A stretch of DNA of 53,991 bases, taken from an uncultured Desulfobacterales bacterium. Lineage in GTDB: Bacteria > Desulfobacterota > Desulfobacteria > Desulfobacterales > C00003060. The stretch spans positions 1 to 53,991 of the forward strand of contig CAZCXI010000003.1 of assembly GCA_964502635.1 (NCBI GenBank), written 5' to 3'. Positions 27,995 to 37,568 of this stretch are shown here, piece by piece. The translations under genes and the position numbers were made by a program. The notes below the pieces were generated by a model. The model saw nothing but the letters and a program-made list of their open reading frames with translations. It was not told where the DNA came from and made no database searches. Numbering within the stretch: position 1 is the first letter of the stretch; the number at the start of each line of letters is the position of its first letter.

Positions 27995-29349
27995 TGATGT
28001 TTTGTCGGCAAAGGGGGGAGGTCGCGATGAGCCCTCATACCGTTGTTGCTGAGCACCAACTTTCGAATCACTTCAGCATGTTTCTGAGCGGCACCCTGGT
28101 TCTTTATGACAGCTTGCCGGGCCCTGGCCCCATAGCTTCTCAAGGCATCTGGATGACGCAGAAACCAAACCGCCCTATCGGCTAAAGTCACAGCGTTCGA
28201 AACGGATATGCCTGCTCCCGCCTTTTCCAGCAGCGTCTTTGCGTCCAGAAAATTCTCCATGGAAGGGCCGTAAAAAACCGGTTTTTCCCAAACGGCTGCC
28301 TCAAGCGGATTCTGCCCCCCGAGCGGAACCAGACTTGCCCCGCAAAACACGATGGTTCCCACGCTGTAGAGATTAAAGAGCTCTCCGTAGGTGTCGATGA
28401 TCACGACAGGGGCGCTGCGCTTGACCTCGCGTCGGACAAGTTTGCGCCAAAGCTGATGCCTAAAGCCGTGCCTCTCAACCAGGGATCCGATCACGGGTGT
28501 TCGCCCAATGTGCCTGGGGGCAAGGATCAGGATGGTGTCGGGAAACTCCCTCAGGATTCGTTCATAGGCATCCAGAACGATGGCCTCCTCACCTTCCCGG
28601 GTGCTTCCTGCAATAAAGACCCGGTGACGGTTCTCGAGATTCAAGACCTGTCGCATGTCGACCTCCATAGCAGGGTCCGCAAGGCTCGCCAGGAAGTCGT
28701 ATTTAGCGTTACCATTCGCCTCGATTTTTGCGGGATCGGCTCCCATGGCCCGGATCCGAGCCGCGTCGCCCTCCATTATCATACTGAAGGCGTCAACGTT
28801 GCTTAGAACCTCACGAAAGAATGGGCGGAATTTGAGATAACCCTTCACGGATCTGGCAGAGATTCGGCCATTGATCAGGGCGGTTTTGATGCCCATGCGG
28901 CGGGCTTCAGCAAGCCAGGCGGGCCAGATTTCAGTTTCCAGGAAGACTAGTATGTCCGGACGGACGCGGGAAAGGGCCTTGCGTACGGAAGCAACAAAAT
29001 CGATCGGCGCGTAGACGACGGGGACATCGTCTCCCAAGATCTGTCCGGCAAGTGAGCGGCCGTGTTCGGTGGTCGTTGAGACAAGGACGGAACAAGCCGG
29101 GAGGACCTGCCTGAGCGCCTTGATGATAGGCGCTGCCACCTTGACTTCTCCCAGGGACACCGCATGAATCCAGATGCGAGGCGAACCTCGAAACTCCTTG
29201 GAAAGGGCGGCAGGCAGATAGCCCAGGCGTTCTTTCAGATTTTCGCGATAGCGGCCACTGAGGCGGGTATAGATCAAAAAAGGGGGAAGACAGGACATGA
29301 ACAGGCCACCGGTGAGGAGGGTATATGCTCCGTGAAGAAAGCGCTTCAT
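27991..29349 (-). CDS. waaA: 3-deoxy-D-manno-octulosonic acid transferase
   Basis: IWIHAVSLGE, ETEIWP, NGRIS, GNAKYD, AGSTREGEE, ILAPRH and GGQNPLEA. Confidence 0.95.
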   Translation of the reverse strand: MKRFLHGAYTLLTGGLFMSCLPPFLIYTRLSGRYRENLKERLGYLPAALSKEFRGSPRIWIHAVSLGEVKVAAPIIKALRQVLPACSVLVSTTTEHGRSLAGQILGDDVPVVYAPIDFVASVRKALSRVRPDILVFLETEIWPAWLAEARRMGIKTALINGRISARSVKGYLKFRPFFREVLSNVDAFSMIMEGDAARIRAMGADPAKIEANGNAKYDFLASLADPAMEVDMRQVLNLENRHRVFIAGSTREGEEAIVLDAYERILREFPDTILILAPRHIGRTPVIGSLVERHGFRHQLWRKLVRREVKRSAPVVIIDTYGELFNLYSVGTIVFCGASLVPLGGQNPLEAAVWEKPVFYGPSMENFLDAKTLLEKAGAGISVSNAVTLADRAVWFLRHPDALRSYGARARQAVIKNQGAAQKHAEVIRKLVLSNNGMRAHRDLPPLPTKHH

Positions 29350-31448
29350 GGCCTTATCTGGACAAAACGGCCTCCCTCAACCTTAAGGAGATAGAGGTCT
29401 TTTTCCACATCCCCTGTATTATCAAAGGAGGTCAAACCCGTCACACCAGGAAAGTCTTTGATTCCCATGATGGCCTCTTTCAATGTCCGCCTGGACCGGA
29501 CGCCGGGTTCGTTTGCTGCTTGAAAGACAATCCAGGCCGCATCGTAGGCTTGAGCCTCCTGGAATGCCGGAAGACTTCCGAAGACTTTTTCATAGTCTTC
29601 AACGAAATCCCTGACCCTGGGTGATGGGCTGTCTGCGAAAAAACCATCCGGTACAATAGCGCCTTGGACGTAACCTCGAGCCATCTGGATAAGTTTGTCC
29701 GAATGCCACAAGTTGGTTCCCAGCAGGAGGACATTCGCCACATCATGAAACAACAACTGGGGTGCGATGAGTCCCACCTTTTCGAAACTATCCGGTATGA
29801 AAATCGCGTCAAAATCAATAATCGGCTCGGGTTCCACTTTCTCTTCCGGCGATGCGCCCTGGTCCTCTTGGGACGACTCCTCCTGGTCTGGGGCTGTATC
29901 CTCAGCGGCTTCAGGGACGACTTTCCTGTCCAGCCAAGCGGTTTTTTCCCCTTCAGGTTCCAAGGATTGGTCCCACACCTCTTCGTGCAGCGCTTCTTCT
30001 TCCGGAGGCTCTTCCGGCCTGGAGTAATAAAGTCCCACCAGTTTCTTGATAGCATCGCTGAAGTCGGTTTGTTTTGTTCCATACGACTCGACGCCCACAA
30101 CTTCAGCACCATGGCTTATCAATTCATCCCAAAAGCGGTTCATAAACGAAATGCCGTAGCGTTCCTCAGGGTACAAGATGGCGAATTTCTTGAGTCCGAG
30201 GTCTTCGACGGCATAATTAACAACGGCCTTTACCTGTAACGACAGGGTTAGAAAGTCTCGAAAGACGTAGTCACCCGTTACAGTAATATTGGGCTTCTGG
30301 GTGAGGGTCATGATGGGAACCTTGAGGGCTTGGGCCTTGATAGCAGCCGACTCTGAAGTGATCATCGGGCCGATGATGGCTCCTACGCCATGGGTGAGGG
30401 CCAGGGTCTCAAGAACCGTGGCCGCTTCATCGGGATCTCCTTTTGAATCCCTGATGAGCAGTTGAACGGGGTTCACATACGGTTGTGCATTGAATTGCTG
30501 AAGCGCAAGCTCTATGCCTGTGAGGGCGCATTTTCCAAAGGCTCCGTAAGGCCCTGACAGGGGAAGGACGCAACCGATCAACAAGGGATCGACCCGAGCT
30601 CTTGACTCTAAGTCCACCATGAGGGCCCTGGCCGTTTCGAGCTCGTCGTGTTCGGGGAACAGATGGATCATATCCGAAAGAACTTTCATGGCCATGTCAA
30701 CGAGATCTTCCGACGCATATTCTCTTGCCAATTGAAGACGCAGATAGCCTCCCGGGATCGTGTCTCCATAGATCTCAAGAAGGGATCTTAATTCCTGTTC
30801 CTTCAGGTAAGTGATGACCTCCTTCACCTTACTCAGAATCTCCATTCGCTCTTGGCCTGAGGTGAGTTGATAAGCTTTCATGAAACTCTCGACGGCCTCT
30901 TTGAATTGCATGCTTGCCGTGTAAGTGTAGCCCAGGAGCTTGTGTATGCGAAAGGCTTGAGGACGGGTCTTTGCAAGTCTCAAGGCGGGTTTTGCATACT
31001 CCACAACTGAGCTGTAGTCCCCTTCTCTTTCATAGGAAAGCATGACGTTGAACCGGGCGTCTTCTGCGAAGGGACTGTTCAGATAGTGAGAAAGCAAAGA
31101 CTCAAAAGCCTCTCTGGCTCGCGGAAAGTCTCCGATGGCCATGTGAAGCAGGCCGATCTTCATCAGGGCCGTGTCCACCAGAGGTCCCTTTGGAAACTCT
31201 CTCAGATAATCCTTATAGATATCGAGTGCCTCTGCGTAGGCTTGTTCTTGAAAAAGGTGTTCGGCCTTTTCAAAGCGCATAAGGGCCAGGGTGTTCTCCG
31301 GAGACAGCGGCACGCCCTGTCTCGTGGAGACACGAGACGGGGCGCAGCCCGAAGGAAGATAAAGGATCAAGATGAGAAGGCATGGCCAAGCCCCTATCTT
31401 GACGAGCTTCAAGTTGTCCAGTATGAAACGCAATGGCGATTCCTCCAC
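29346..31448 (-). CDS. Penicillin-binding-protein activator (LpoA/LppC-like) lipoprotein with TPR region
   Basis: Lipobox-like PSGC, TPR-like helices, IGCVLPLSGPY, acidic insert, IDFDAIFIPD, LLGTNLW and GVTGLTSFD. Confidence 0.85.
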   Translation of the reverse strand: MEESPLRFILDNLKLVKIGAWPCLLILILYLPSGCAPSRVSTRQGVPLSPENTLALMRFEKAEHLFQEQAYAEALDIYKDYLREFPKGPLVDTALMKIGLLHMAIGDFPRAREAFESLLSHYLNSPFAEDARFNVMLSYEREGDYSSVVEYAKPALRLAKTRPQAFRIHKLLGYTYTASMQFKEAVESFMKAYQLTSGQERMEILSKVKEVITYLKEQELRSLLEIYGDTIPGGYLRLQLAREYASEDLVDMAMKVLSDMIHLFPEHDELETARALMVDLESRARVDPLLIGCVLPLSGPYGAFGKCALTGIELALQQFNAQPYVNPVQLLIRDSKGDPDEAATVLETLALTHGVGAIIGPMITSESAAIKAQALKVPIMTLTQKPNITVTGDYVFRDFLTLSLQVKAVVNYAVEDLGLKKFAILYPEERYGISFMNRFWDELISHGAEVVGVESYGTKQTDFSDAIKKLVGLYYSRPEEPPEEEALHEEVWDQSLEPEGEKTAWLDRKVVPEAAEDTAPDQEESSQEDQGASPEEKVEPEPIIDFDAIFIPDSFEKVGLIAPQLLFHDVANVLLLGTNLWHSDKLIQMARGYVQGAIVPDGFFADSPSPRVRDFVEDYEKVFGSLPAFQEAQAYDAAWIVFQAANEPGVRSRRTLKEAIMGIKDFPGVTGLTSFDNTGDVEKDLYLLKVEGGRFVQIRP

Positions 31449-31459
31449 AAAACCGCAAG

Positions 31460-31578
31460 TTGAGCCGTGAAAGCGAGCGCATTCCCCGCTGCTTGCGGCG
31501 GGGTTGGCGAGCGAATCTGAAAATGAAAAACTTCCTTACGGTGAAAATCCCCCGTGGCTTGCCGCGGGGAGGCTTCGA
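31460..31578 (+). mobile_element. Family A element, copy 4 (ends mutated to TTGAG/TTCGA)
   Basis: Near-identical interior to the other copies. Confidence 0.85.
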
Positions 31579-31665
31579 TGAAGTCTTCTACCAAAACAAG
31601 GTTGTTTTGTAAAACCGATACGTGTATATGACAAACATCAGCAACCTGCCTCCAGGAGATGTAAC

Positions 31666-31920
31666 ATGGAAGAAGAAAAGGTGGGAAGGGTAGAAAAGTT
31701 TTTTGCCAAGCCGAGTGTGGCGGCTATCGAGGTCACGGCCGGTACCCTCAAGATCGGGGACAGACTCCACTTCAAGGGTCACACGACCGATTTTGAAGAG
31801 ACCATCAGCAGCATGCAGGTGGAAAACCAGCCCATCGAGGAGGCAAAACCAGGAGACCTTGTTGGCATTGAGGTCAAAGAGCGGGTCCGTGAAAACGATA
31901 CGGTTTTCAGGGTTGTCTGA
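31666..31920 (+). CDS. Translation elongation factor-like beta-barrel protein
   Basis: VGRVEKFFAKPSVAAI, LKIGD.LHFKGHTTDF, SMQVE and GDLVGIEVKERVREND.V. Confidence 0.85.
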   Translation: MEEEKVGRVEKFFAKPSVAAIEVTAGTLKIGDRLHFKGHTTDFEETISSMQVENQPIEEAKPGDLVGIEVKERVRENDTVFRVV

Positions 31921-32001
31921 ATAGCAATTTTCTGACCTAGGGGGATTTCCCCCCGCCATATGGTGGGGGAGCCTGATGGTTGCAGGGTCCCCATTTTGCC
32001 C

Positions 32002-32030
32002 TTGACAGAGGATTACCCCTTTGTTATGGA
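32002..32030 (+). promoter_or_regulatory. Putative sigma-70 promoter of the trpB2 leader
   Basis: TTGACA-N17-TATGGA with an extended -10 TG. Confidence 0.5.
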
Positions 32031-32057
32031 GCGTTTTAGTTTTTGTGGGTATTCGTA

Positions 32058-32120
32058 ATGCTTTTGATTCCCGGCGCAGAACATTCAGGCCCCTGTTGGC
32101 GGTGGCAGGGAAGGTGGTGA
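32058..32120 (+). CDS. Tryptophan attenuator leader peptide (20 aa)
   Basis: MLLIPGAEHSGPCWRWQGRW* with three TGG codons, upstream of alternative hairpins and trpB2. Confidence 0.75.
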   Translation: MLLIPGAEHSGPCWRWQGRW

Positions 32121-32210
32121 ACCTGCCCATAGGCAGTCCATTCTAAGAGGGATGAAAGATGAGCCGTGGGCATGGAGCATCTTCCCATGGCTCCTGGGGA
32201 TGAGAAAAAT

Positions 32211-32240
32211 GCCATGGGTCTTTTCCATGGCTTTTTTTTT
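32211..32240 (+). terminator. Attenuator intrinsic terminator
   Basis: GCCATGG-GTCTTTT-CCATGGC followed by T9. Confidence 0.85.
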
Positions 32241-32270
32241 GAAATTGTTAAAAGGTATCAGTTTAGCCTA

Positions 32271-32389
32271 TTGAAGCTCCCTGTAGCAAGCTACAGGGAA
32301 TCTTCGACCGTAAGGAACGCTGACCTTTATAGATACGCTCGCTAACCCCGCAGCAAGCTACGGGGAATGCGCTCGCTTTTTCGGTTCAA
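32271..32389 (-). mobile_element. Family A element, copy 5 (divergent subfamily)
   Basis: Same ends and architecture, with compensatory hairpin CCCTGTAGC-TT-GCTACAGGG. Confidence 0.85.
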
Positions 32390-32419
32390 AAAACGTGTAT
32401 AACAAAAGGAGGAAAGGTG

Positions 32420-33781
32420 ATGAAACCAGTGAAGGTATTTTTGGACGAGAGTGAGATTCCCAAGCAATGGTACAATATATTGGCTGATATGCCCACGCCC
32501 ATGAGCCCACCTCTCCATCCAGGTACAGGACAACCGGTTGGCCCCGACGATTTGGCACCGGTTTTTCCCATGAACCTGATTGAACAGGAGGTGAGCACGG
32601 AGCGCTGGATCGATATCCCTGAGGAGGTCCTGGAGAAATACCTCCTGTGGCGTCCCACCCCCTTGTACCGGGCACGGAACTTTGAAAAATTGCTCGATGC
32701 TCCTGTTCGGATTTATTATAAAAACGAGGGCGTGAGCCCACCGGGGTCCCACAAGCCCAACACGGCCATTGCCCAGGCCTATTACAATAAGGCCTTCGGC
32801 ATCAAGCGGCTTTCCACAGAAACCGGCGCGGGCCAGTGGGGCAGCGCTTTGAGCATGGCGTGTCAGATGTTTGGCCTTGAGTGCAGGGTATTCATGGTCA
32901 GGGTGAGTTACGACCAGAAGCCTTTCAGGGGGATGATGATGAATGTATGGGGTGCTAATTGCTTCCCGAGCCCGAGCGACAAGACCGAGGCGGGCAGAAA
33001 GATCCTGGCTGAGCACCCTGATTCCCCCGGCAGCCTCGGCATCGCCATCAGCGAGGCGATTGAAGACGCTGTTGGCGACGAGAACGCCCGTTATTCTTTG
33101 GGCAGTGTTCTGAATCATGTCCTGTTGCATCAGACGATCAATGGATTAGAGACTCAAAAACAGCTGAAAAAAATCGGCGTCTATCCTGATGTGGTCATAG
33201 GCTGCACGGGCGGGGGGAGCAACTTCGCCGGGCTTTGCCTTCCGTTTGTGAGGGACAAAATCCACGGAAAGGAGATTTCCATCGTGGCTGCCGAGCCCAC
33301 ATCATGCCCCACCATGACACGGGGCCCTTTTGCCTACGATTTTGGAGACACGGCCCAAACCACACCACTGCTGGCCATGCATACCCTCGGCCACGATTTT
33401 GTGCCCGCCCCGATCCATGCAGGCGGCCTCAGATACCACGGCATGGCACCCATTGTCAGCCACCTGGTCAAAGAGCAGATCATGGAAGCCAGGGCGTATG
33501 ATCAGATCCAGACCTTTAAGGCGGGTGTCCAATGGGCCCGTACGGAAGGCTTCATCTCCGCACCGGAAACCAACCACGCCATTGCTGCGGTTGTTCAAGA
33601 GGCCGAGCGTGCCAAAGAGGAGGGAAAAGAGAAGGTGATCCTCTTCAATTGGAGCGGCCACGGGCTGGTGGATCTTGCGGCCTATGATGCGTATCTTTCG
33701 GGCAAGCTTCATCAGTACGAAATGCCGGAAGAAGAGATTGCCAGGGCCCTCCAAGCCATTGATGGGCTGCCGAAGCCGTAA
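32420..33781 (+). CDS. trpB2: TrpB2-type tryptophan synthase beta / PLP-dependent enzyme
   Basis: [28 protein letters not shown] (PLP Lys), [27 protein letters not shown] and SGHG. Confidence 0.95.
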   Translation: MKPVKVFLDESEIPKQWYNILADMPTPMSPPLHPGTGQPVGPDDLAPVFPMNLIEQEVSTERWIDIPEEVLEKYLLWRPTPLYRARNFEKLLDAPVRIYYKNEGVSPPGSHKPNTAIAQAYYNKAFGIKRLSTETGAGQWGSALSMACQMFGLECRVFMVRVSYDQKPFRGMMMNVWGANCFPSPSDKTEAGRKILAEHPDSPGSLGIAISEAIEDAVGDENARYSLGSVLNHVLLHQTINGLETQKQLKKIGVYPDVVIGCTGGGSNFAGLCLPFVRDKIHGKEISIVAAEPTSCPTMTRGPFAYDFGDTAQTTPLLAMHTLGHDFVPAPIHAGGLRYHGMAPIVSHLVKEQIMEARAYDQIQTFKAGVQWARTEGFISAPETNHAIAAVVQEAERAKEEGKEKVILFNWSGHGLVDLAAYDAYLSGKLHQYEMPEEEIARALQAIDGLPKP

Positions 33782-33827
33782 TGAGAGAGTGGCACAAAAA
33801 GACGGTTTTCTAGGAGCTACAGCAGAC

Positions 33828-34118
33828 ATGACAGCCGAAATGTCCACTGACCCGAAAAGGTATGATCATTTAGAGATTAGATGTCCCAGGCTGGGGGGAG
33901 AGGTTCGTTTTTCATACTGTCAAGAGGAGGGAGGCGATCTCCCCTGCCCGCGGGTCATTGTCTGCTGGCAGCCCCATTTTCCTGTGGAAGCCTATCTTAA
34001 GGAAAAACTTACCCCGGCCCAATGGGATCGCTTATTCAATCAAGCCCCTAAACATAAAGTGACCAGCCTCGTTGAGCTTATAGAGGCAGCCAAGAAACGG
34101 AGAGGCCTTTCGGACTGA
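33828..34118 (+). CDS. Small Cys-containing hypothetical protein
   Basis: RCPRLGGEV.F.YC..EGGDLPCPR.I.CW; the ORF-track N-terminus overlaps trpB2 and is rejected. Confidence 0.7.
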   Translation: MTAEMSTDPKRYDHLEIRCPRLGGEVRFSYCQEEGGDLPCPRVIVCWQPHFPVEAYLKEKLTPAQWDRLFNQAPKHKVTSLVELIEAAKKRRGLSD

Positions 34119-34190
34119 CGGCTTTTTCCTCCCTTGCTCCGCATTGCTTGCCCTTCCAGCGGAATTCAGATATTCTGAGAACCTAAATCT

Positions 34191-34379
34191 GATGAACTCG
34201 TAAAAAGTCTTTTGTGAGCGAAATTGAGCATTTTGGGGAGAAAGCACTTGATGTGTTCAGCGTTAAGAAATGCTAACTGTTTGAGGGTCTTAGCCCGAGT
34301 TTTAGCATTTTAGCTGAGCACCTCAAGTGCGCCCAAAATGTTCACGGAGCGAGCAAAAGCGACTTTTTACGAGACCATC
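34191..34379. mobile_element. Family B MITE (189 bp)
   Basis: TIR GATGAACTCGTAAAAAGTC/GACTTTTTACGAGACCATC; TSD AAATCT/AAACCT (5 of 6). Confidence 0.88.
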
Positions 34380-34480
34380 AAACCTCCGATGGCTAAAAAC
34401 TGAAAATAGAAAGCCTCGTTGCCACGCTTTCGGCTCACGGCTTTGAGCGTGCTGGCAACTTGCAGCCGACCACGGATACC

Positions 34481-35797
34481 ATGAAGCCGATCGTTGCCAT
34501 CGTGGGCCGACCCAACGTGGGCAAGTCCACGCTGTTTAACAGAATGACGCGCTCCCGCAACGCCCTTGTGGATGATTTTCCTGGTGTCACCAGAGACCGG
34601 ATCTACGGAGATGCCCAGTGGGACGAAGTTCCCTTTACCGTGGTGGACACGGGCGGCTTTTCCGAGTTTCATTCAGAGCAATTCGTATCTCTTGTCCAAC
34701 ACCAGGTGATGCAGGCCATAGAGGAAGCGGACGCCATGATCATGCTTTTTGATGGGCGTGAAGGGGTCACCCCGGTGGACACAGACCTCGTTCAACGGCT
34801 TCGTCAATCGGACAAACCGGTCTTTTACGGTGTCAACAAGATTGATGGGCCGAGGCATGAATCCCTTCTCGCTGACTTTTCCGTCCTGGGCGTGGACCCC
34901 CTCTATCCCCTCTCTGCCGAACACCGATATGGCCTGGGCGATTTGATGGACGCCTTGATCGCCGTCTTGCCCCAAACGACGCCCGAGACAACCGCTGATC
35001 GAGTCAGGCTGGCGGTGATCGGCAGACCCAATGTGGGCAAATCCTCCTTCATCAACCGTCTCCTTGGAGACGAGCGGCTTGTGGTGAGTGACCTGCCGGG
35101 CACCACACGCGATGCTGTTGACACGATTTGCAACGTGGATGGCAGGGAATACATTCTGATTGATACAGCCGGCATCCGAAGAAAGAAACGCGTGCGAGAG
35201 AAGCTGGAAAAGTTCTCGGTGATAAAAGCCCTCAAGAGCCTGAATCGATGCCACATCGCGTTGGTGATGATGGATGCCGTTCAAGGGGTGACCGATCAGG
35301 ATGTGCGCATTGCGGGATATGCCTGGGAAAGGGGGCGGGCTTGCATCATTGTCTTGAACAAATGGGATTTGGTGGAAAAGGATGCTACAACGGCCCAGCG
35401 ACATGTGAACGCCGTAAGAGAGCGGCTCAAATTCCTGAGCTTTGCCCCTGTGTGGACCATTTCAGCGTTGACAGGCCAGCGGACATTCAAGATTTTTGAC
35501 TCGGTCAAGACCGTGTACGAGCAATATACCACGCGGGTCAGCACGGGGCGGCTCAACAGGATCTTTGAAAGCATTATTGGTCGACACGAACCGGCCATGC
35601 ACCGAGGCAGGCGCGTAAAATTTTACTACAGCACCCAGACGTCCGTGGCTCCCCCTACGTTTGTTTGCTTTGTCAATTATCCTGAGGGTATTCATTTTTC
35701 TTATGAACGATACATGGTCAACCAGCTTCGACAGGCGCTGGTCCTGGACCAGACGCCGCTGCGCGTCCTGTTTCGAAAACGAGACAAGAAAAGATGA
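34481..35797 (+). CDS. der: Ribosome biogenesis GTPase Der (EngA)
   Basis: Two G domains (GRPNVGKS twice, DTGG/DTAG, NKID/NKWD) and KH-like PPTFVCFVN. Confidence 0.97.
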   Translation: MKPIVAIVGRPNVGKSTLFNRMTRSRNALVDDFPGVTRDRIYGDAQWDEVPFTVVDTGGFSEFHSEQFVSLVQHQVMQAIEEADAMIMLFDGREGVTPVDTDLVQRLRQSDKPVFYGVNKIDGPRHESLLADFSVLGVDPLYPLSAEHRYGLGDLMDALIAVLPQTTPETTADRVRLAVIGRPNVGKSSFINRLLGDERLVVSDLPGTTRDAVDTICNVDGREYILIDTAGIRRKKRVREKLEKFSVIKALKSLNRCHIALVMMDAVQGVTDQDVRIAGYAWERGRACIIVLNKWDLVEKDATTAQRHVNAVRERLKFLSFAPVWTISALTGQRTFKIFDSVKTVYEQYTTRVSTGRLNRIFESIIGRHEPAMHRGRRVKFYYSTQTSVAPPTFVCFVNYPEGIHFSYERYMVNQLRQALVLDQTPLRVLFRKRDKKR

Positions 35798-35839
35798 TAG
35801 GAAAGATGATGCCAGCCAAAAGGTACCAGAGACAGAATT

Positions 35840-36028
35840 GATGGACTCGCAAAAAGTCGATTTTACTCACTCCGTGAACATTTTGGGGGCCCTTAAGATG
35901 TTCAGCTAAAATGCTAAGACTCGGGCTAACGCCCTCAAACAGTTAGCATTTTTTAACGCTAAACACCTGAAGTGCCTTTCTCCCAAAATGCTCAATATCG
36001 TTCGCAAAATACTTTTTACGAATCTTTC
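35840..36028. mobile_element. Family B MITE, opposite orientation (189 bp)
   Basis: Reverse complement of 34191-34379 with a perfect 6-bp TSD AGAATT. Confidence 0.88.
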
Positions 36029-36083
36029 AGAATTGACTCTTGTCAGGGATGCGGCCCCGGGCGTCGGATGCTAGTTCTTAACC

Positions 36084-37436
36084 ATGGACCTCTTTGATCA
36101 AGTCGAACAAAAAATGGCAAAGACGGCACGTCCCCTGGCAGAGAGGATGCGGCCCCAAACCCTTGAGACCTTTGTAGGGCAAAGCCATCTCTTTGGCAAA
36201 GACAGCCTGCTGCGTCAGGCCATCAAGGAAGATCAACTGTTTTCCGTCATTTTCTGGGGTCCTCCCGGGTCCGGAAAGACCACCCTTGCCCGGATCATGG
36301 CCCAAGAGACAAAGTCAAACTTCGAAGCCTTCTCGGCCGTACTTTCCGGCGTGAAAGAGATCCGCCAGGTCATTGACAGGGCGACCATAGCCCAGCGGCA
36401 TCATCAAAAGAGAACCGTCCTCTTTGTGGATGAGATCCATCGATTTAACAAGGCCCAGCAGGATGGCTTTCTGCCGCATGTGGAAAGCGGATTGATTACA
36501 CTGATCGGGGCCACCACGGAAAACCCGTCTTTTGAGGTAATTGCGCCACTGCTGTCCAGGGTCCGGGTCATGGTGCTGAAACCGTTGTCACGAGAGGCGT
36601 TATTAACTATTTTGAACCGGGCCCTCGATGACAAGGATAATGGTCTGGGTGGATTGTCGTTCAAGGCTGAACCCGAGGCCCTTGAACACGTTGTCTGGGC
36701 AGCCGATGGCGACGCTCGTGCAGCCCTGAACAATCTGGAGGCGGCGGCCGCTCTTGTCCGGAACAAGAGTGTGCGAGAAAGAAAGATGACCCGGGCCGTG
36801 GTGGAAGCCGCTCTTCAGAAGAAGGCCCTGCGCTACGACAAGACCGGCGAGGAGCATTACAATCTCATATCTGCTTTTCATAAGAGTCTGCGTGGAAGTG
36901 ACCCGGACGCCGCCCTCTACTGGTTGGGTCGCATGCTTGTTGCGGGTGAGGACCCGCTTTATGTGGCTCGCCGCATGGTCAGGTTCGCCTCTGAAGACGT
37001 GGGCAATGCCGATCCAGGGGCCTTGTCTGTGGCGGTCTCTGCCATGCAGGCCTTTCAATTTGTGGGACTTCCGGAAGGAAACCTGGCCCTGGCCCAGGCC
37101 GCTGTCTATCTGGCCACGGCCCCAAAGAGCAATGCCCTTTATGCGGGTTACGGCAAAGTGACGCGAGCGATTCACGAGACAGGGTCACTTGCGGTGCCGC
37201 TGCCCATACGCAACGCACCCACAAAGATGATGAAGGATCTTGGCTACGGCAAGGGTTACAAGTATGCCCACGATTTTCAAGACGCCTATGTGCCCCAGGC
37301 GTATCTACCGGAAGCACTCAGGGGACAGGTCTTCTATGTGCCCACGGAAAGGGGATACGAGAAGACCATCAAGGAAAGGCTTGAGAAGTGGCGTAGGCTT
37401 CGAGAATCGATGCGGTCGAAAGATAAGAAAAGATAG
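36084..37436 (+). CDS. rarA: Replication-associated recombination protein A (MgsA/RarA)
   Basis: PLAERMRP, WGPPGSGKT, DEIHRFNKAQQD, GATTENPSF, SAFHKSLRGSDPD and GYKYAHD. Confidence 0.97.
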   Translation: MDLFDQVEQKMAKTARPLAERMRPQTLETFVGQSHLFGKDSLLRQAIKEDQLFSVIFWGPPGSGKTTLARIMAQETKSNFEAFSAVLSGVKEIRQVIDRATIAQRHHQKRTVLFVDEIHRFNKAQQDGFLPHVESGLITLIGATTENPSFEVIAPLLSRVRVMVLKPLSREALLTILNRALDDKDNGLGGLSFKAEPEALEHVVWAADGDARAALNNLEAAAALVRNKSVRERKMTRAVVEAALQKKALRYDKTGEEHYNLISAFHKSLRGSDPDAALYWLGRMLVAGEDPLYVARRMVRFASEDVGNADPGALSVAVSAMQAFQFVGLPEGNLALAQAAVYLATAPKSNALYAGYGKVTRAIHETGSLAVPLPIRNAPTKMMKDLGYGKGYKYAHDFQDAYVPQAYLPEALRGQVFYVPTERGYEKTIKERLEKWRRLRESMRSKDKKR

Positions 37437-37568
37437 GTTGCTATCCATAGACTGAAGCAGGAACGCCGCACCACAGGGCATGGAAACCAGGGGCTTGACG
37501 AGCTGGTTGGTCTGCATAGGCTGCAAAATGGACTGTCGTTGTCTCTGTGGGCAGGGGAGGTTTAGGAA

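Noticed and set aside
32026-32058. Second upstream ORF MERFSFCGYS overlapping the leader start (TAATG)
   Set aside because: Its ATG lies inside the predicted -10 box, so it would not be transcribed from this promoter.
32101-32240. T-box riboswitch (AAGGTGGTGAACC)
   Set aside because: Poor match to the T-box consensus and no room for stem I after the promoter; the Trp-rich leader peptide explains the region better.
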